A DNA stretch of 64,000 nt from an uncultured Nitrososphaerota archaeon (GTDB taxonomy: Archaea > Thermoproteota > Nitrososphaeria > Conexivisphaerales > DTJL01): NCBI GenBank assembly GCA_963842885.1, contig CAWJIE010000003.1:64001-128000 (forward strand). The letters run 5' to 3'. This document shows positions 49,749 through 59,651 of this stretch, piece by piece. The position numbers and the translations under genes were made by a program. Below the pieces are notes generated by a model. The model was not told the DNA's origin and ran no database searches. It saw only the letters and a list, made by a program, of their open reading frames with translations. Position 1 is the stretch's first letter, and every line of letters begins with the position of its first letter.

Positions 49749-50582
49749 ATGTCGGCGGGCTACGGAGGAAGGGGCGGCGGCTCCTTCACGAGGAGGGGGT
49801 CTTCCTCTAAGAAGGTGAGGCACAGGAAGAAGGACTTCCATGAGCACAAGATCAGGCTGGCCGAAAGCGGAACCCCGCAAGATTTCCAGGCTCTTAGGGA
49901 GAGAACGCTCCAGTCCTTGGACAAGCTCGGCCATCAGATGTTGCCGCCGGACTCGAGCTACGGCATGCAGAACTGGATGAAGAGCCTGGGCGTCCTCCTC
50001 GACGACTTCGAAACCAGGGCCTCCTCCATGGTCACGCTGCCGGAGGGCTATGCCTCAGGGAAGGAGGGGGTCCTCTCGATGCTTTCGAAGGGATTCACCT
50101 TTCCAGAGATGGACTCCGCCATCGCCGTGGCGAGGGATGAGGTGGCCCGAATCTCCTCAAGCATAGGCAATCGGGACGCGGCATACTTCGGGTCCAGGCT
50201 AGGGGCGCTGAGGACGAAACGACAGCGACTGGTCACAGAGCTGGATGCCGAGCGGGCGTCGATCTCTCGAATCAAGGCCGAGCCACGGCCCGGCCGCCTC
50301 TTCCAGAGGATCCTTGGCGAGAGGCCTCCTTCGACCGCTGAAAACGAGGCTCATGCGGCCGCTCTGGAGAGGGAGATTAGCGAGTCGGACTCCCAGACGG
50401 CCGCGCTGCAAGAGGAGGAGCTTCGCTACAGGGAGGCCAAGAAGGAACTGGCGGTCGCTTCGGACAAGTTGGCAGGACTTGAGGCGAAGATGATGGAGAG
50501 GCTCCAGCTGGCCCCCGAAAGAGAGGAGGCCACCCGGAAGCTGGCGGAGGAGATTTCGAAGATCCTCCCTATGCAGCCCTGA
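49749..50582 (+). CDS. Coiled-coil hypothetical protein with basic RG-rich N-terminus
   Basis: GGRGGG..KKVRHRKK, heptad-rich C-terminal half; TTATAT about 27 nt upstream. Confidence 0.75.
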   Translation: MSAGYGGRGGGSFTRRGSSSKKVRHRKKDFHEHKIRLAESGTPQDFQALRERTLQSLDKLGHQMLPPDSSYGMQNWMKSLGVLLDDFETRASSMVTLPEGYASGKEGVLSMLSKGFTFPEMDSAIAVARDEVARISSSIGNRDAAYFGSRLGALRTKRQRLVTELDAERASISRIKAEPRPGRLFQRILGERPPSTAENEAHAAALEREISESDSQTAALQEEELRYREAKKELAVASDKLAGLEAKMMERLQLAPEREEATRKLAEEISKILPMQP

Positions 50583-50687
50583 CTCAGTGTGCGCCTCGCT
50601 GGTTGCGAGCACGAATGCCGATGGGTTAAATACGCGGTCGCTTCGTCCTAATGCCGTTACTCTCGGTGATGAGCGCTGGCCAACTGG

Positions 50688-51515
50688 TTGCTCGGTGTCC
50701 TTCTGGGCATCGTCCAAGGGATAAGCGAATGGCTTCCCATAAGCAGCAAGACCCAGATCATCATCGTTTCGACCTACCTCTTCGGGCTGGACTTCCAGAG
50801 GGCCTACTCGTTCGGCCTCTTCCTTGAGGCGGGCACCTTCCTCGCGGCGGTCATCTACTTCCGAAAGGAGGTGGTCAAGGTCCTCCTCGCTCTCGTCGGG
50901 AGGGGGGATGGAGAGGGCAGGTCGCTCCTGAAGTTCCTCCTTGTCGTCACGGCGATCACGGGGGTCTTGGGCGTGGGCATCTACCTGTTGGTCTCCGACG
51001 TCACCAGCAGTCCCGTGATAGGCATCCCGATGATAATTCTGGGAGTCGTGCTGCTGGCCGACGCATCGCTCATCAGGTTCGCGAGGAACCGCCGTACCCC
51101 CACCAGAGGGATTCAAGGCCTCACCCTCAGGGACGACGTACTCATTGGGCTGGCGCAGGCCCTCTCAGCCTTTCCCGGCGTCAGCAGGTCGGGGACCACG
51201 GTGTCAGCGATGCTCCTCCTCGGCCTGAAACCAGAGGAATCATTCAGGTTGTCGTTCCTCGCGCTGATTCCCGCCTCCGTCGGGGCGGCGCTCGTCTCGG
51301 TGCTGTTCTCGCACGGCGCGATGAGCTCTGTGATCTCCACCGTGGGCTTGCCGACCATCGCCGTGGCCATAGTCACTGCCATGCTGGTCAGCCTGCTCCT
51401 GATCAGGGTGCTGCTCAGGTTCGCCGCCAGCAGCAGGATCACCGTCCTCATCCTCGCCCTTGGGCTCATCGCCATCTTCAGCGGCATTACTAGCCTCCTG
51501 TCGGGCTATGGTTGA
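50688..51515 (+). CDS. uppP: Undecaprenyl-diphosphate phosphatase (BacA family)
   Basis: GIVQGISEWLPISS, AQALSAFPGVSRSGTT, SFLALIP. Confidence 0.92.
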   Translation: MLGVLLGIVQGISEWLPISSKTQIIIVSTYLFGLDFQRAYSFGLFLEAGTFLAAVIYFRKEVVKVLLALVGRGDGEGRSLLKFLLVVTAITGVLGVGIYLLVSDVTSSPVIGIPMIILGVVLLADASLIRFARNRRTPTRGIQGLTLRDDVLIGLAQALSAFPGVSRSGTTVSAMLLLGLKPEESFRLSFLALIPASVGAALVSVLFSHGAMSSVISTVGLPTIAVAIVTAMLVSLLLIRVLLRFAASSRITVLILALGLIAIFSGITSLLSGYG

Positions 51516-51760
51516 GCGCACTCTTCCGTAGCCGACGAGTGGCGCTCAGGGCGGATGGAATTGGAAACAAGACGGCCATGCAATGCTCGAGATCGTCTGG
51601 AGCTCGCCGCAGCTGAGCGTCTCCTAGGCCACGACAGTGGCGCCATGGGCGCCCGCCCTCCTGGCTTCTGGGGAGACGGATGAGCGAGATCGCGGATACG
51701 GTCTCTTCTTCGTAAAGAGGGTTAACTTATATAGCCCAGTCCCGGCGCTCTTGTCCTGAG

Positions 51761-52709
51761 TTGTCCATTGCTACAATAGAGGCGGTCGGGCTTTCCAAGA
51801 ACTACGGGTCCTTCACCGCCCTCTCTAACTTGAACCTTAAGATAGAAGGTTCGAAATGCGTCGGGTTCCTGGGGCCCAACGGCGCCGGGAAGACAACCAC
51901 GCTCAAAATCTTCGCCGACCTGATATCGCCTAGCAGCGGCCGAGCGCTCATCAATGGAACAGACGTCCACCAGAACAAGCGGCTGGCGCTTTCCTCCTGT
52001 GGCACGCTGGTGGAGACACCCGAGATCTATCCCGCCCTTACGCCCAGAAAGGCCCTAATGATGATCGCCGAGCTCAGAGGCATCCCGAATGCGGACCGAA
52101 ACAGGAGAATCGAGGAGAGCCTGGCCGAGGTCAAGATGGAGGAATGGGCCGACAAGCGTGTCGGCAAGTTCTCCAAGGGAATGAAGCAAAGGATCAACGT
52201 CGCCTCGGCCATACTCAGCGACCCCGAAATCGTGATCCTCGACGAACCCACTATGGGCCTCGACCCGCGCGGCATGAGCGAAGTCAGGGACATCGTGAAA
52301 TCGCTCAAGAAGAAGGGCAAGCTAGTCTTCATGAGCTCCCATCTCCTCAGCGAGGCCACCGAGATATGCGACGAAGTAGCCATGATCGATCACGGCAAGC
52401 TACTGGTGTATGACACCCTGGCGAACGTCTCTTCGCGTTTCTCCTCCAGCGGAAACCTGGTGGACGTGACCCTGGCTCGCCGCGCTGACGTCGAGAAGCT
52501 GAAGGCCCAAATCTCGGCCCTGAAGGGTGTCGCCTCTGTAGAGAGCATCGACCCTCTGAACTTCAGGATCGGAATGGCGGGCGGCGTTGAGGCGCAGGAG
52601 CGACTCCTCAGCGATCTCGTCTCCCTAAAGATAGGGCGTCATCAGCTACAAGGATGCGTCCCTTGCCCTGGAGGACGCGTACCTTAACCTGATCAAGGAC
52701 ACAGTGTGA
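51761..52709 (+). CDS. ABC exporter ATP-binding protein (+1 frameshift in GGG near 52635)
   Basis: GPNGAGKTT, FSKGMKQRI, LDEPTMGLD; corrected tail GVISYKDASLALEDAYLNLIKDTV*. Confidence 0.9.
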
Positions 52710-52715
52710 TGATAG

Positions 52716-53566
52716 ATGGCACAATCAACCAAGGTCACCCCCCGTAGCCTTCCTTCGAGCGGTTCGCAGCTAATCACCGTCTCCAAGTACGAGTTCAGAA
52801 ACTACTTCGGGTCAAGGAGGTTCTACGTCCTCCTCGCCATCGCCCTCGCCGTAAGCGCGCTTGCTCACTTATGTAGTGGCCGCTCGAAGGCCCGTCTCCT
52901 TCCTCGACAACAGCTTGGACTTCTATTCCAGCTGGTGGGGGAGGATCGCAGGGCTGATGGTGATCCTGTCGGGGATCTTCTTCGGCGGCGACGCCATCTC
53001 CTCGGAGTTCCAAAACAGGACGGGGTACTTCCTGGTCCCCAACCCGATCAGGAGGTCCTCCATCTACATCGGCAAGTGGGTTTCAGCGTTCATGGCGGCC
53101 GTGATCATACTGGTCATCACACTCGCCATAACGATGGCGAACGCATTCTATTACTTCGGCCCCACTATTCCCACCGAGTTACTTGAATCGATAGCCTTCT
53201 CCCTGATCTACCTGGCCTCCGTGATGGGCCTCACCTTCATGTTCAGTTCCCTCTTCAAGAGCAGCTCCTACTCCATACTCGTGTCGGCCATGCTCTATCC
53301 TGTTCGTCTTCTCCCTCGTGGAGACCCTTGTCTCCACCATCGTGCAGATAGAGCCATGGTTCATACCGACCTACGGCGCGTCAATCATCGCCAACGTGAT
53401 GACGGTGCCCTTCCCTCTCCACGTGGTAACGACAACTTTCGGACGTGGCATAACCCTCACCACCTACAACGCTACCATCCCTGAGGGCCTCGCAATTCTG
53501 CTGGGCTACTGCGTGATAACCGCCATCCTCGGGCTGGTGCTCTTCGAGAGGAAGGACTTCACCTAG
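52716..53566 (+). CDS. ABC-2 permease split by two frameshifts (about 52858 and 53297)
   Basis: Three track ORFs join into one permease; GDAISSEFQNRTG..NPIRRS.IYIGK; LFERKDF. Confidence 0.85.
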
Positions 53567-53650
53567 GAGATCCACGCCGCGGCGGGCGCAGGGCTCGACA
53601 GCTTCGCGCCAACACTTATATCCGTTTTTGGTCAGGAAGTAGAGCCGACC

Positions 53651-54496
53651 TTGAAGATAGGCCTAGCAGCAAAGGGTGCCTCCGATCACCGGCTCTTGGA
53701 GAGGATGGCCGTCCGGGCGGACGAGCTGGGCTACGACTCGTTCCTGGTCACGGACCACTTCATGACCCCAGTGTCGAACAGGAACATCGATGCATGGACC
53801 TTCCTGCCGTATCTGGCCGCGAAGACCAAGAGGATCAGGCTGGGGACCTGCGTCACTCCCCTGCCGTTCAGGCACCCGGCGATGCTTGCCAAGATGGTGG
53901 CCACGGCTGACGTCCTTTCTGGAGGGAGAATTATCCTCGGCTCCGGCTTGGGCTGGAGCAGGCCAGAATTCGATGGGTTCTCGACATGGCGAGAGCTCCC
54001 CGACCGGGCCGCGATGTCTAAGGAATCGCTGGAGCTAATGACCCGTCTCTGGACGAGCGAATCACCCGTGGACTACAAGGGGAGGTTCGTCTCCGTCAGG
54101 GGCGCTGTCGTAGAACCCAAGCCCATTCAGAAGCCATACCCTGCCATCTGGTTCGGAGCCATGGCGCCCTTCCATTTGAGGCTCGCCGGCAGATACGGCC
54201 AGGGCTGGATCCCTGTGGGGCCTCGCTGGGCCTCTGCGGACGTCGTCTCCCCTCAGCGGTACGCCGAGATGAAGGAGGTCATAGCCGGCGAGCTGTCCAA
54301 GAGGGGGACCCAAGGAGATGGCTTCGTGTACTCCATCCTCCTAGGTCACGCCGACGTCGCGACCCTCCGCTCTGACGTCGAGAGATACGAGAAGGAGGGG
54401 ATGAATTATTTCATCGTGGGCCAGCCTCGGGATGCCGACGAGACCTTCCTCCAGAACCTGGAGGTCCTCGCGAAGGACTTGGCCTCCTCTCTGTAG
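53651..54496 (+). CDS. LLM-class flavin/F420-dependent oxidoreductase
   Basis: ADELGYDS..TDH, LAAKTKRIRLGT.V, RHPAMLAK.VAT.D.LSGGR, PKPIQKPYP. Confidence 0.92.
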   Translation: MKIGLAAKGASDHRLLERMAVRADELGYDSFLVTDHFMTPVSNRNIDAWTFLPYLAAKTKRIRLGTCVTPLPFRHPAMLAKMVATADVLSGGRIILGSGLGWSRPEFDGFSTWRELPDRAAMSKESLELMTRLWTSESPVDYKGRFVSVRGAVVEPKPIQKPYPAIWFGAMAPFHLRLAGRYGQGWIPVGPRWASADVVSPQRYAEMKEVIAGELSKRGTQGDGFVYSILLGHADVATLRSDVERYEKEGMNYFIVGQPRDADETFLQNLEVLAKDLASSL

Positions 54497-54584
54497 CATC
54501 GGTCGGGTTCGTCCACTTTCTTTGGCCCGGCCAATCGACCTCGCCATGCAGCGTAAATACGGGAGGGAAGCTGTGATGGCCGCT

Positions 54585-54932
54585 TTGAGCATCCCACCGG
54601 GCGTTCTGAAGGCGATTCACGTGGTCTACGCCAACTGGTGCCCCCACTGCGTCCCCACGACCGTCGAACCCATGAAGAAGGCGGCCGGTGACCTGGGAAT
54701 CCCCTGCTTCCTCTACGACATAGACACCGTCAAGGTCTCTGAGGCGGACGACCTCGTTAAGAAGTATGGTGACTGGAGCGAGGACTACATCATCCCTCAG
54801 GTCTTCTTCGAGTACGCCGACGGCTCCATCAGGCACGTGATGACGGGCTACTCTGGAGGGGTGGCGCTCACGCGCAGGGCTGTCGAGAACGTCCTGAAAG
54901 GCCTGCAGCCGCACGTCGCGAAGGCATCATAG
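54585..54932 (+). CDS. Thioredoxin-fold protein
   Basis: YANWCPHC, IPQVFF (cis-Pro). Start approximate. Confidence 0.85.
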   Translation: MSIPPGVLKAIHVVYANWCPHCVPTTVEPMKKAAGDLGIPCFLYDIDTVKVSEADDLVKKYGDWSEDYIIPQVFFEYADGSIRHVMTGYSGGVALTRRAVENVLKGLQPHVAKAS

Positions 54933-55081
54933 GGTAGTCCAGCCCATGGAAGATCCGAAAAAGCTCGTCGCGGAGAGGTTGGGCGGCTCGTCCCAGTGCC
55001 ACGGCCACAAATGCCTGATGGTTACAGAGGTTATCGTTCTGTTGCGGTCGAACTGGCTGGACGCAGAGATGGACCGGCGGC

Positions 55082-55666
55082 TCACTGGCTAAGCGTCTCT
55101 CTGAAGTAGAGCACCTGTCCGTCGAACCTGTAGATGATGGCGACGTTCTCGGGGCCGATGACCTTCGTGGTCACGAACCAATCCTTCATGGAGCCCGCAA
55201 GGCCCTGCGCCACCACCCTTCTCAGCTCTTCGGGCTTCCTCCTCGCTAGGAATTGGAAGACGTGCTCGACCCCCTCGGGCCTTTCGAAGACCACGTAGGC
55301 AGAGTCCCTCCTCTTCGGTCCCTCTAGGCGCCTGCGGAGGTGACGGAAATCGCCGTCTCTGGCATCGGTGGCGAAGGTCATCCTGTCCTGTATCCCCCTG
55401 AAGTCATGATACTGCGGAACGATACCATCATCCATTACGGAGTCCAGCTTCTCGCGTGTCGTCTCGTGCGACAGCAGCCATATCTCTTTGGATTGCTCTA
55501 CGACCGAGCCTGTCGCTTTCATTCCATCGTCGGCTTCCACGTTCAGCCACCAATGTCCTGGCCGGGGTCTTCCAGGGACAGCCGAGCTCCGTAAGTCCTC
55601 CAGTAGAGGACCGCGCCCGCGGAATCGCCTGCCGCAGTACATAGGGCGCCCTCCATATTTAATCAC
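55082..55666 (-). CDS. Hypothetical protein (start uncertain)
   Basis: Long ORF with coding-like C-terminal two thirds. Confidence 0.55.
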   Translation of the reverse strand: MIKYGGRPMYCGRRFRGRGPLLEDLRSSAVPGRPRPGHWWLNVEADDGMKATGSVVEQSKEIWLLSHETTREKLDSVMDDGIVPQYHDFRGIQDRMTFATDARDGDFRHLRRRLEGPKRRDSAYVVFERPEGVEHVFQFLARRKPEELRRVVAQGLAGSMKDWFVTTKVIGPENVAIIYRFDGQVLYFRETLSQ

Positions 55667-55862
55667 AACTTCTCGTCGGTGGCCTTCCCCGACGCGGGGA
55701 CCTTTGCTCAGGTCCGGGCGTCCTGGTGGACGATGGCCTACTTGACCTAGACCATGCCTATCCTGGCCGTGACCAGCTGCGCGAGGCCCCGAAGGGGGGC
55801 GCGTCGCTGTGACATCACTAATAAGGAGGCCTGGTCATGAATGCCACGCGGAGATCCCCAGG

Positions 55863-56105
55863 ATGAGGTTCGTGGTGGAAGCAAGTAGGAACCTTTCGAA
55901 CGCCGTCGTCGAAGCAATCAGAAAGTACTATCCCGCCACTTCTGAGGAGCCGGTCGAAGGCTATGGCAGGATTGTCGTCTTGGAACCGGGCAAGCCGCCT
56001 TTCACCCTCTGCAGCTTCCTCCTGGACATGGAGCCAGAGGACGTCCTCACTCTCTTCTGGGTGAAGATGAAAGAGTACTTCCCCAAGGCCGAACAGCCTG
56101 GGTGA
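55863..56105 (+). CDS. Small hypothetical protein
   Basis: MRFVVEASRN...; gene-like codon usage. Confidence 0.55.
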   Translation: MRFVVEASRNLSNAVVEAIRKYYPATSEEPVEGYGRIVVLEPGKPPFTLCSFLLDMEPEDVLTLFWVKMKEYFPKAEQPG

Positions 56106-56111
56106 ATGCTT

Positions 56112-56942
56112 TTACCTCAGGGATCGCTTCTGCATGAAGGCGGGCCCGTACTTCTCGGCTATCAAGCTCAACAGCTCGCCGGCGTGCCTGTTCACGACAT
56201 GGTCGAGGAAGGCTGCAGCAACGTCGCCTCTGAACGCGCCGTCGGACTCGAAGGCCTGGTCGGCGAAGTCCATGCACGTCTCACATTCTGCGATGGTCGC
56301 TGTCCGGCCCAGCTCACGCAGAGCCTGAAGGTCTCTCTCCAGACGTTCGCTGACCCTCGCCAGCCTCTTCTTCGGGTCCAGTGTCTCCAGGAGCTCCAGC
56401 CTCTCTTCGTTGGTGAACATCGGTGAGCCCGCGCAGACGTCGGCCAACTTGCCCGGACTGTCGATGCCCTTGACGAAGGAGATCACCTCTTCGGGTACCA
56501 TGGGCATCAGCTTGGCGAATTCGTCCACCTGGCCATGGACCTTGTTGATGATGTCAGCCGCCTGCCCCGATCCGTCCTTGAAGTCCTCCGCCTTCTGGAA
56601 CTTGACCGACGGGCCCGCCCCCTCCTTGGTCACCTCCTTGACCCTGATCCTCCACAGACCCTTTAGCTGGACGCTTCCCTTGGCACTCTGCTTCCCGTCA
56701 TCCAGAAGGGCCAGTGTGCCGATGTCCCCCACCTGATAGCCTTTAGAGGGAATCATAGCAATCAGATGCTTGGAGCTCAGCGCTGAGACGATAGCAGAGA
56801 AGCCCGCGCTCTCCTTCAAGGAAATGGTGACCTCCATGTGGGGGAGAATGACCACGTCTTCAGAAAACACCGCCGGGACCTCGAAGTCGTCCTCCGCCAG
56901 AATATCACGTCCATAGAGCCACCTGTCTCGAAGGGAAACCAA
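56112..56942 (-). CDS. Stand-alone Lon substrate-binding (N) domain protein with C-terminal CxxC..HxxxxH
   Basis: DVVILPHME, IGTLA, KGLWRIRV, IDSPGKLAD, ERLELLETLDPKKRL; no Walker A motif or protease domain. Confidence 0.85.
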   Translation of the reverse strand: MVSLRDRWLYGRDILAEDDFEVPAVFSEDVVILPHMEVTISLKESAGFSAIVSALSSKHLIAMIPSKGYQVGDIGTLALLDDGKQSAKGSVQLKGLWRIRVKEVTKEGAGPSVKFQKAEDFKDGSGQAADIINKVHGQVDEFAKLMPMVPEEVISFVKGIDSPGKLADVCAGSPMFTNEERLELLETLDPKKRLARVSERLERDLQALRELGRTATIAECETCMDFADQAFESDGAFRGDVAAAFLDHVVNRHAGELLSLIAEKYGPAFMQKRSLR

Positions 56943-57047
56943 TACGACTAGGTGGACCGGAGTTTTCGATATAAACGCATCGCAGGTATCGTTCTTCCTC
57001 TTTCTAGGCATGCACTAAGAGGCTGCAAGTGCCAACCCTCTGGCGGA

Positions 57048-57314
57048 TCATTCGCTCGAGGGGCGTCTGCAGAAGCCGGGGCGGATGCACGATACCTTCC
57101 TTTCATCGAGGAGCTTCGGCCAATCGATCACCGTGAAGACCACGGTGGCTGCGAAGCCCAGTATGTCGAGCATGGAAACCGAAAAGAGCTGGGCGCTGAA
57201 GAGGGCCGAGAACGGCCTCTCCGCGACAATAGAGAGCCCTATTAACACAGTAAAGGAAACGAACCTGCCAGTCGCAAATCCAGCGTACGCCTGAGCTGCG
57301 CCGCACTTCATCAT
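57048..57314 (-). CDS. Small hypothetical membrane protein
   Basis: Hydrophobic ORF; may be a remnant. Confidence 0.35.
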   Translation of the reverse strand: MMKCGAAQAYAGFATGRFVSFTVLIGLSIVAERPFSALFSAQLFSVSMLDILGFAATVVFTVIDWPKLLDERKVSCIRPGFCRRPSSE

Positions 57315-57413
57315 CCCGATGAACAGGAAGCAAGCATTGCTGGGCGGCGGGCTCAGGGCCCTCTCAGGGATTCATCTTGAGACGAGTTTCGGTTGGGACA
57401 AGCCTATTTTCGG

Positions 57414-58058
57414 TCAGCCCCTCGGCGCCAGCCGATAGTAGGCCTCCCCGGCGCAGGCCACGCAGACGTACATCCCGTCTCTGCTGACGCCCCTTCCATC
57501 CAAGATATCTTCCCCGCATGCCGAGCATGGCGACCTGCGGGCTGACACACCCCGCCCGAACGCGGCCGCTTCCCTCAGGATGACCTCCTGCTGGTCGAAG
57601 ATCTCGTCCTCGGACAGCTTCATTAAGGCGTTCATCATCGTCTTCTTGCCCAGCTTCGATGGCAGGTCGACCTCCTCCCCCTTCTTCAGGATCCCGTCTT
57701 CCACAGCCAGCTTGACGGCCTCCGACGCAAGCTCAGGTCTCGCGAACACCCTCACAGCCCTGCCTGCGGCCCTGTCGTAGAAGGTCGCCGCGGACTTGCC
57801 ATATTCGTACACCTTTAGCCTCCTGCTGCCCATGCTGCATCCCGTAGCGACCTGAATTGCGTCGACCGCGCACCTGCTGTTCTCGACGAAGACGACCAGG
57901 TCGTCCCTGTGGGCGGGGTCCTCCATCCCCACAAGGCGCAAGCCCTTCCGAGCCATCTTGATCCCAAGAGGGAGGCCGAGGCAAAGGTGACCCCTCAGCG
58001 CAGCAGCCCTGGTCAGAAGCTGCTCGAAGTCATCGTCTCCAGGCCTATCAATCATCAC
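57414..58058 (-). CDS. FmdE/FwdE family protein with C-terminal Zn finger
   Basis: RGHLCLGLPLG, VENSRCAVDAIQVATGCSMG, YGKSAATF, CSACGE..CVAC. Confidence 0.9.
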   Translation of the reverse strand: MMIDRPGDDDFEQLLTRAAALRGHLCLGLPLGIKMARKGLRLVGMEDPAHRDDLVVFVENSRCAVDAIQVATGCSMGSRRLKVYEYGKSAATFYDRAAGRAVRVFARPELASEAVKLAVEDGILKKGEEVDLPSKLGKKTMMNALMKLSEDEIFDQQEVILREAAAFGRGVSARRSPCSACGEDILDGRGVSRDGMYVCVACAGEAYYRLAPRG

Positions 58059-58228
58059 TCCAGAGTCTCGCGGAAGTATCTTATCAGCTCGTCGCAGTTA
58101 GCCCGCTCCCCAAGCAGCGATTCCCTCTACTTCACCCGGGCTTCTGTAGGGCTTCGGCAAGGTCCGTTAAGGAGATTTTAGTCCCAGCTCCATCCTCGGA
58201 GCCTCTCCTCTCCCGAGTGCCGAGCGAC

Positions 58229-58822
58229 CTACTTTGACCTGAGGACGCAAAATAGGGCCTTCCTGTCCCCAGCACCGCCCCCTCTGAATAAGGCCTCTCT
58301 GATCTTGAGAATCATGAACGAAACCCCGAAGACATCACGTATCTCTTTGGGACTGAACCTGTGGGGGCCGGGAGCCCTTTCCGCCCTGCTGAAAACCTTC
58401 AGGAGGAGGAAACCCCCGGGTTCCAGGAGTCGATGGATGTTGCGCACATATGCAGACCTTTCAACCGGCTCCAGCGTGTGGAAACAGCCCCTGTCCACTA
58501 TTACACGATAGCGGCCGGTGAGCCTGGTGGAGACGATGTCGTCCACGAAGAACTCGACAGAGACGCCCTCGGCTGCGGCCCTTGCCTTAGCCTTTCCCAC
58601 TGCAACCTGGGAGACGTCCGTCGCCGTGACCTTCCAGCCGAGCCTGGCCAGTTCGATGGCTTGCGTTCCAGGGCCTTCACCAATCGTAAGAAGCCTGCCG
58701 ACATCTACCCCCAGCCCGGTGACGGCCGCAGAGACGTCTGCGTCGAGGCCCGCCGTGAACCAGGGAAGGTCCTCCACGGGCGCGGACCTGTAAACTTCAT
58801 CCCATCTTCTGCCTTCGGTCAA
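58229..58822 (-). CDS. Class I SAM-dependent methyltransferase
   Basis: WDEVY..LPW, IGEGPG, TDVS, VDRGCFH, LEPGG. Confidence 0.9.
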   Translation of the reverse strand: MTEGRRWDEVYRSAPVEDLPWFTAGLDADVSAAVTGLGVDVGRLLTIGEGPGTQAIELARLGWKVTATDVSQVAVGKAKARAAAEGVSVEFFVDDIVSTRLTGRYRVIVDRGCFHTLEPVERSAYVRNIHRLLEPGGFLLLKVFSRAERAPGPHRFSPKEIRDVFGVSFMILKIREALFRGGGAGDRKALFCVLRSK

Positions 58823-58890
58823 CCAAAGAATGGCGGATCCGGGTGGATTATAACCTGGAGCTCATTTCCTTGAAAGACGTGAGGGTGCCC

Positions 58891-59271
58891 TTAGGCCATC
58901 TTGTAGAAGACACGTTTCATGCTGGGCTCTTCATCGGACAGCTTCATCCTGAGCAATTCGGGATTAGCCTGCGAGGGGTGAGGGACAAGGCCATCCACCT
59001 TCAGGGAGAGAGTCTCTAGGATAGCACCTTCTAGGACCTCCAGCTTCCTTGAGTCCTCGGCGGAGATCTGCTGAGGGAGCTTGCCGTAAGCCACGAGCCT
59101 TACTCCCAGCTCGCCGCCGTCCAGCAGGTGAACCACATCGACGTCCGTGAACCCCACGCGTTTGAGATATCGCTTGATTACATGTCTCATTCTGGACGAA
59201 ACCAATCCGCTGAGATGGAGATCGAGGAGCGGCGCCCGAACGGCCTCCGCTTTGACCTCTGTGAGGCTCAA
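58891..59271 (-). CDS. Hypothetical protein, RHVIKRYL-family paralog 3
   Basis: LLDLHLSGLVSSRMRHVIKRYLKRVGF; TTATATA about 32 nt upstream. Confidence 0.85.
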   Translation of the reverse strand: MSLTEVKAEAVRAPLLDLHLSGLVSSRMRHVIKRYLKRVGFTDVDVVHLLDGGELGVRLVAYGKLPQQISAEDSRKLEVLEGAILETLSLKVDGLVPHPSQANPELLRMKLSDEEPSMKRVFYKMA

Positions 59272-59336
59272 CCTAGACCTGTCTCTTGTTGCGGTCCACG
59301 ACTATATAACCCTTGTAAATACTACAAAGTAATAAG

Positions 59337-59590
59337 TCATTTTTCATACATAGCCCACGTTTTCGCCGGGCAGGCACGCCAACATAAATCGAAGTCCTCC
59401 GTCGACTTCCTGAGCAAGAAGTTGATGCTTCTGTGGAGTTCCGCCTGCTTCGTGAGCCCGCTGACCGCAGTGCATGTCCGCGACCACAGTAGGTCCTCGT
59501 TGGTCACCTCCGGGCTCGACTGGGCCTCGACGGTCTTCACCTTCTTCGGCTCTTCGTTCTGGTCGGAGCTTAAGAAGATCGTTTCATTCA
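59337..59590 (-). CDS. Small hypothetical protein
   Basis: The frame is open upstream of the track start; no motif recognised. Confidence 0.4.
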
Positions 59591-59651
59591 GCTACAGAAA
59601 GTCAGATATATCATCGATGCGGTACTCGTACTGTAGGAGAGCGTTGATAGT

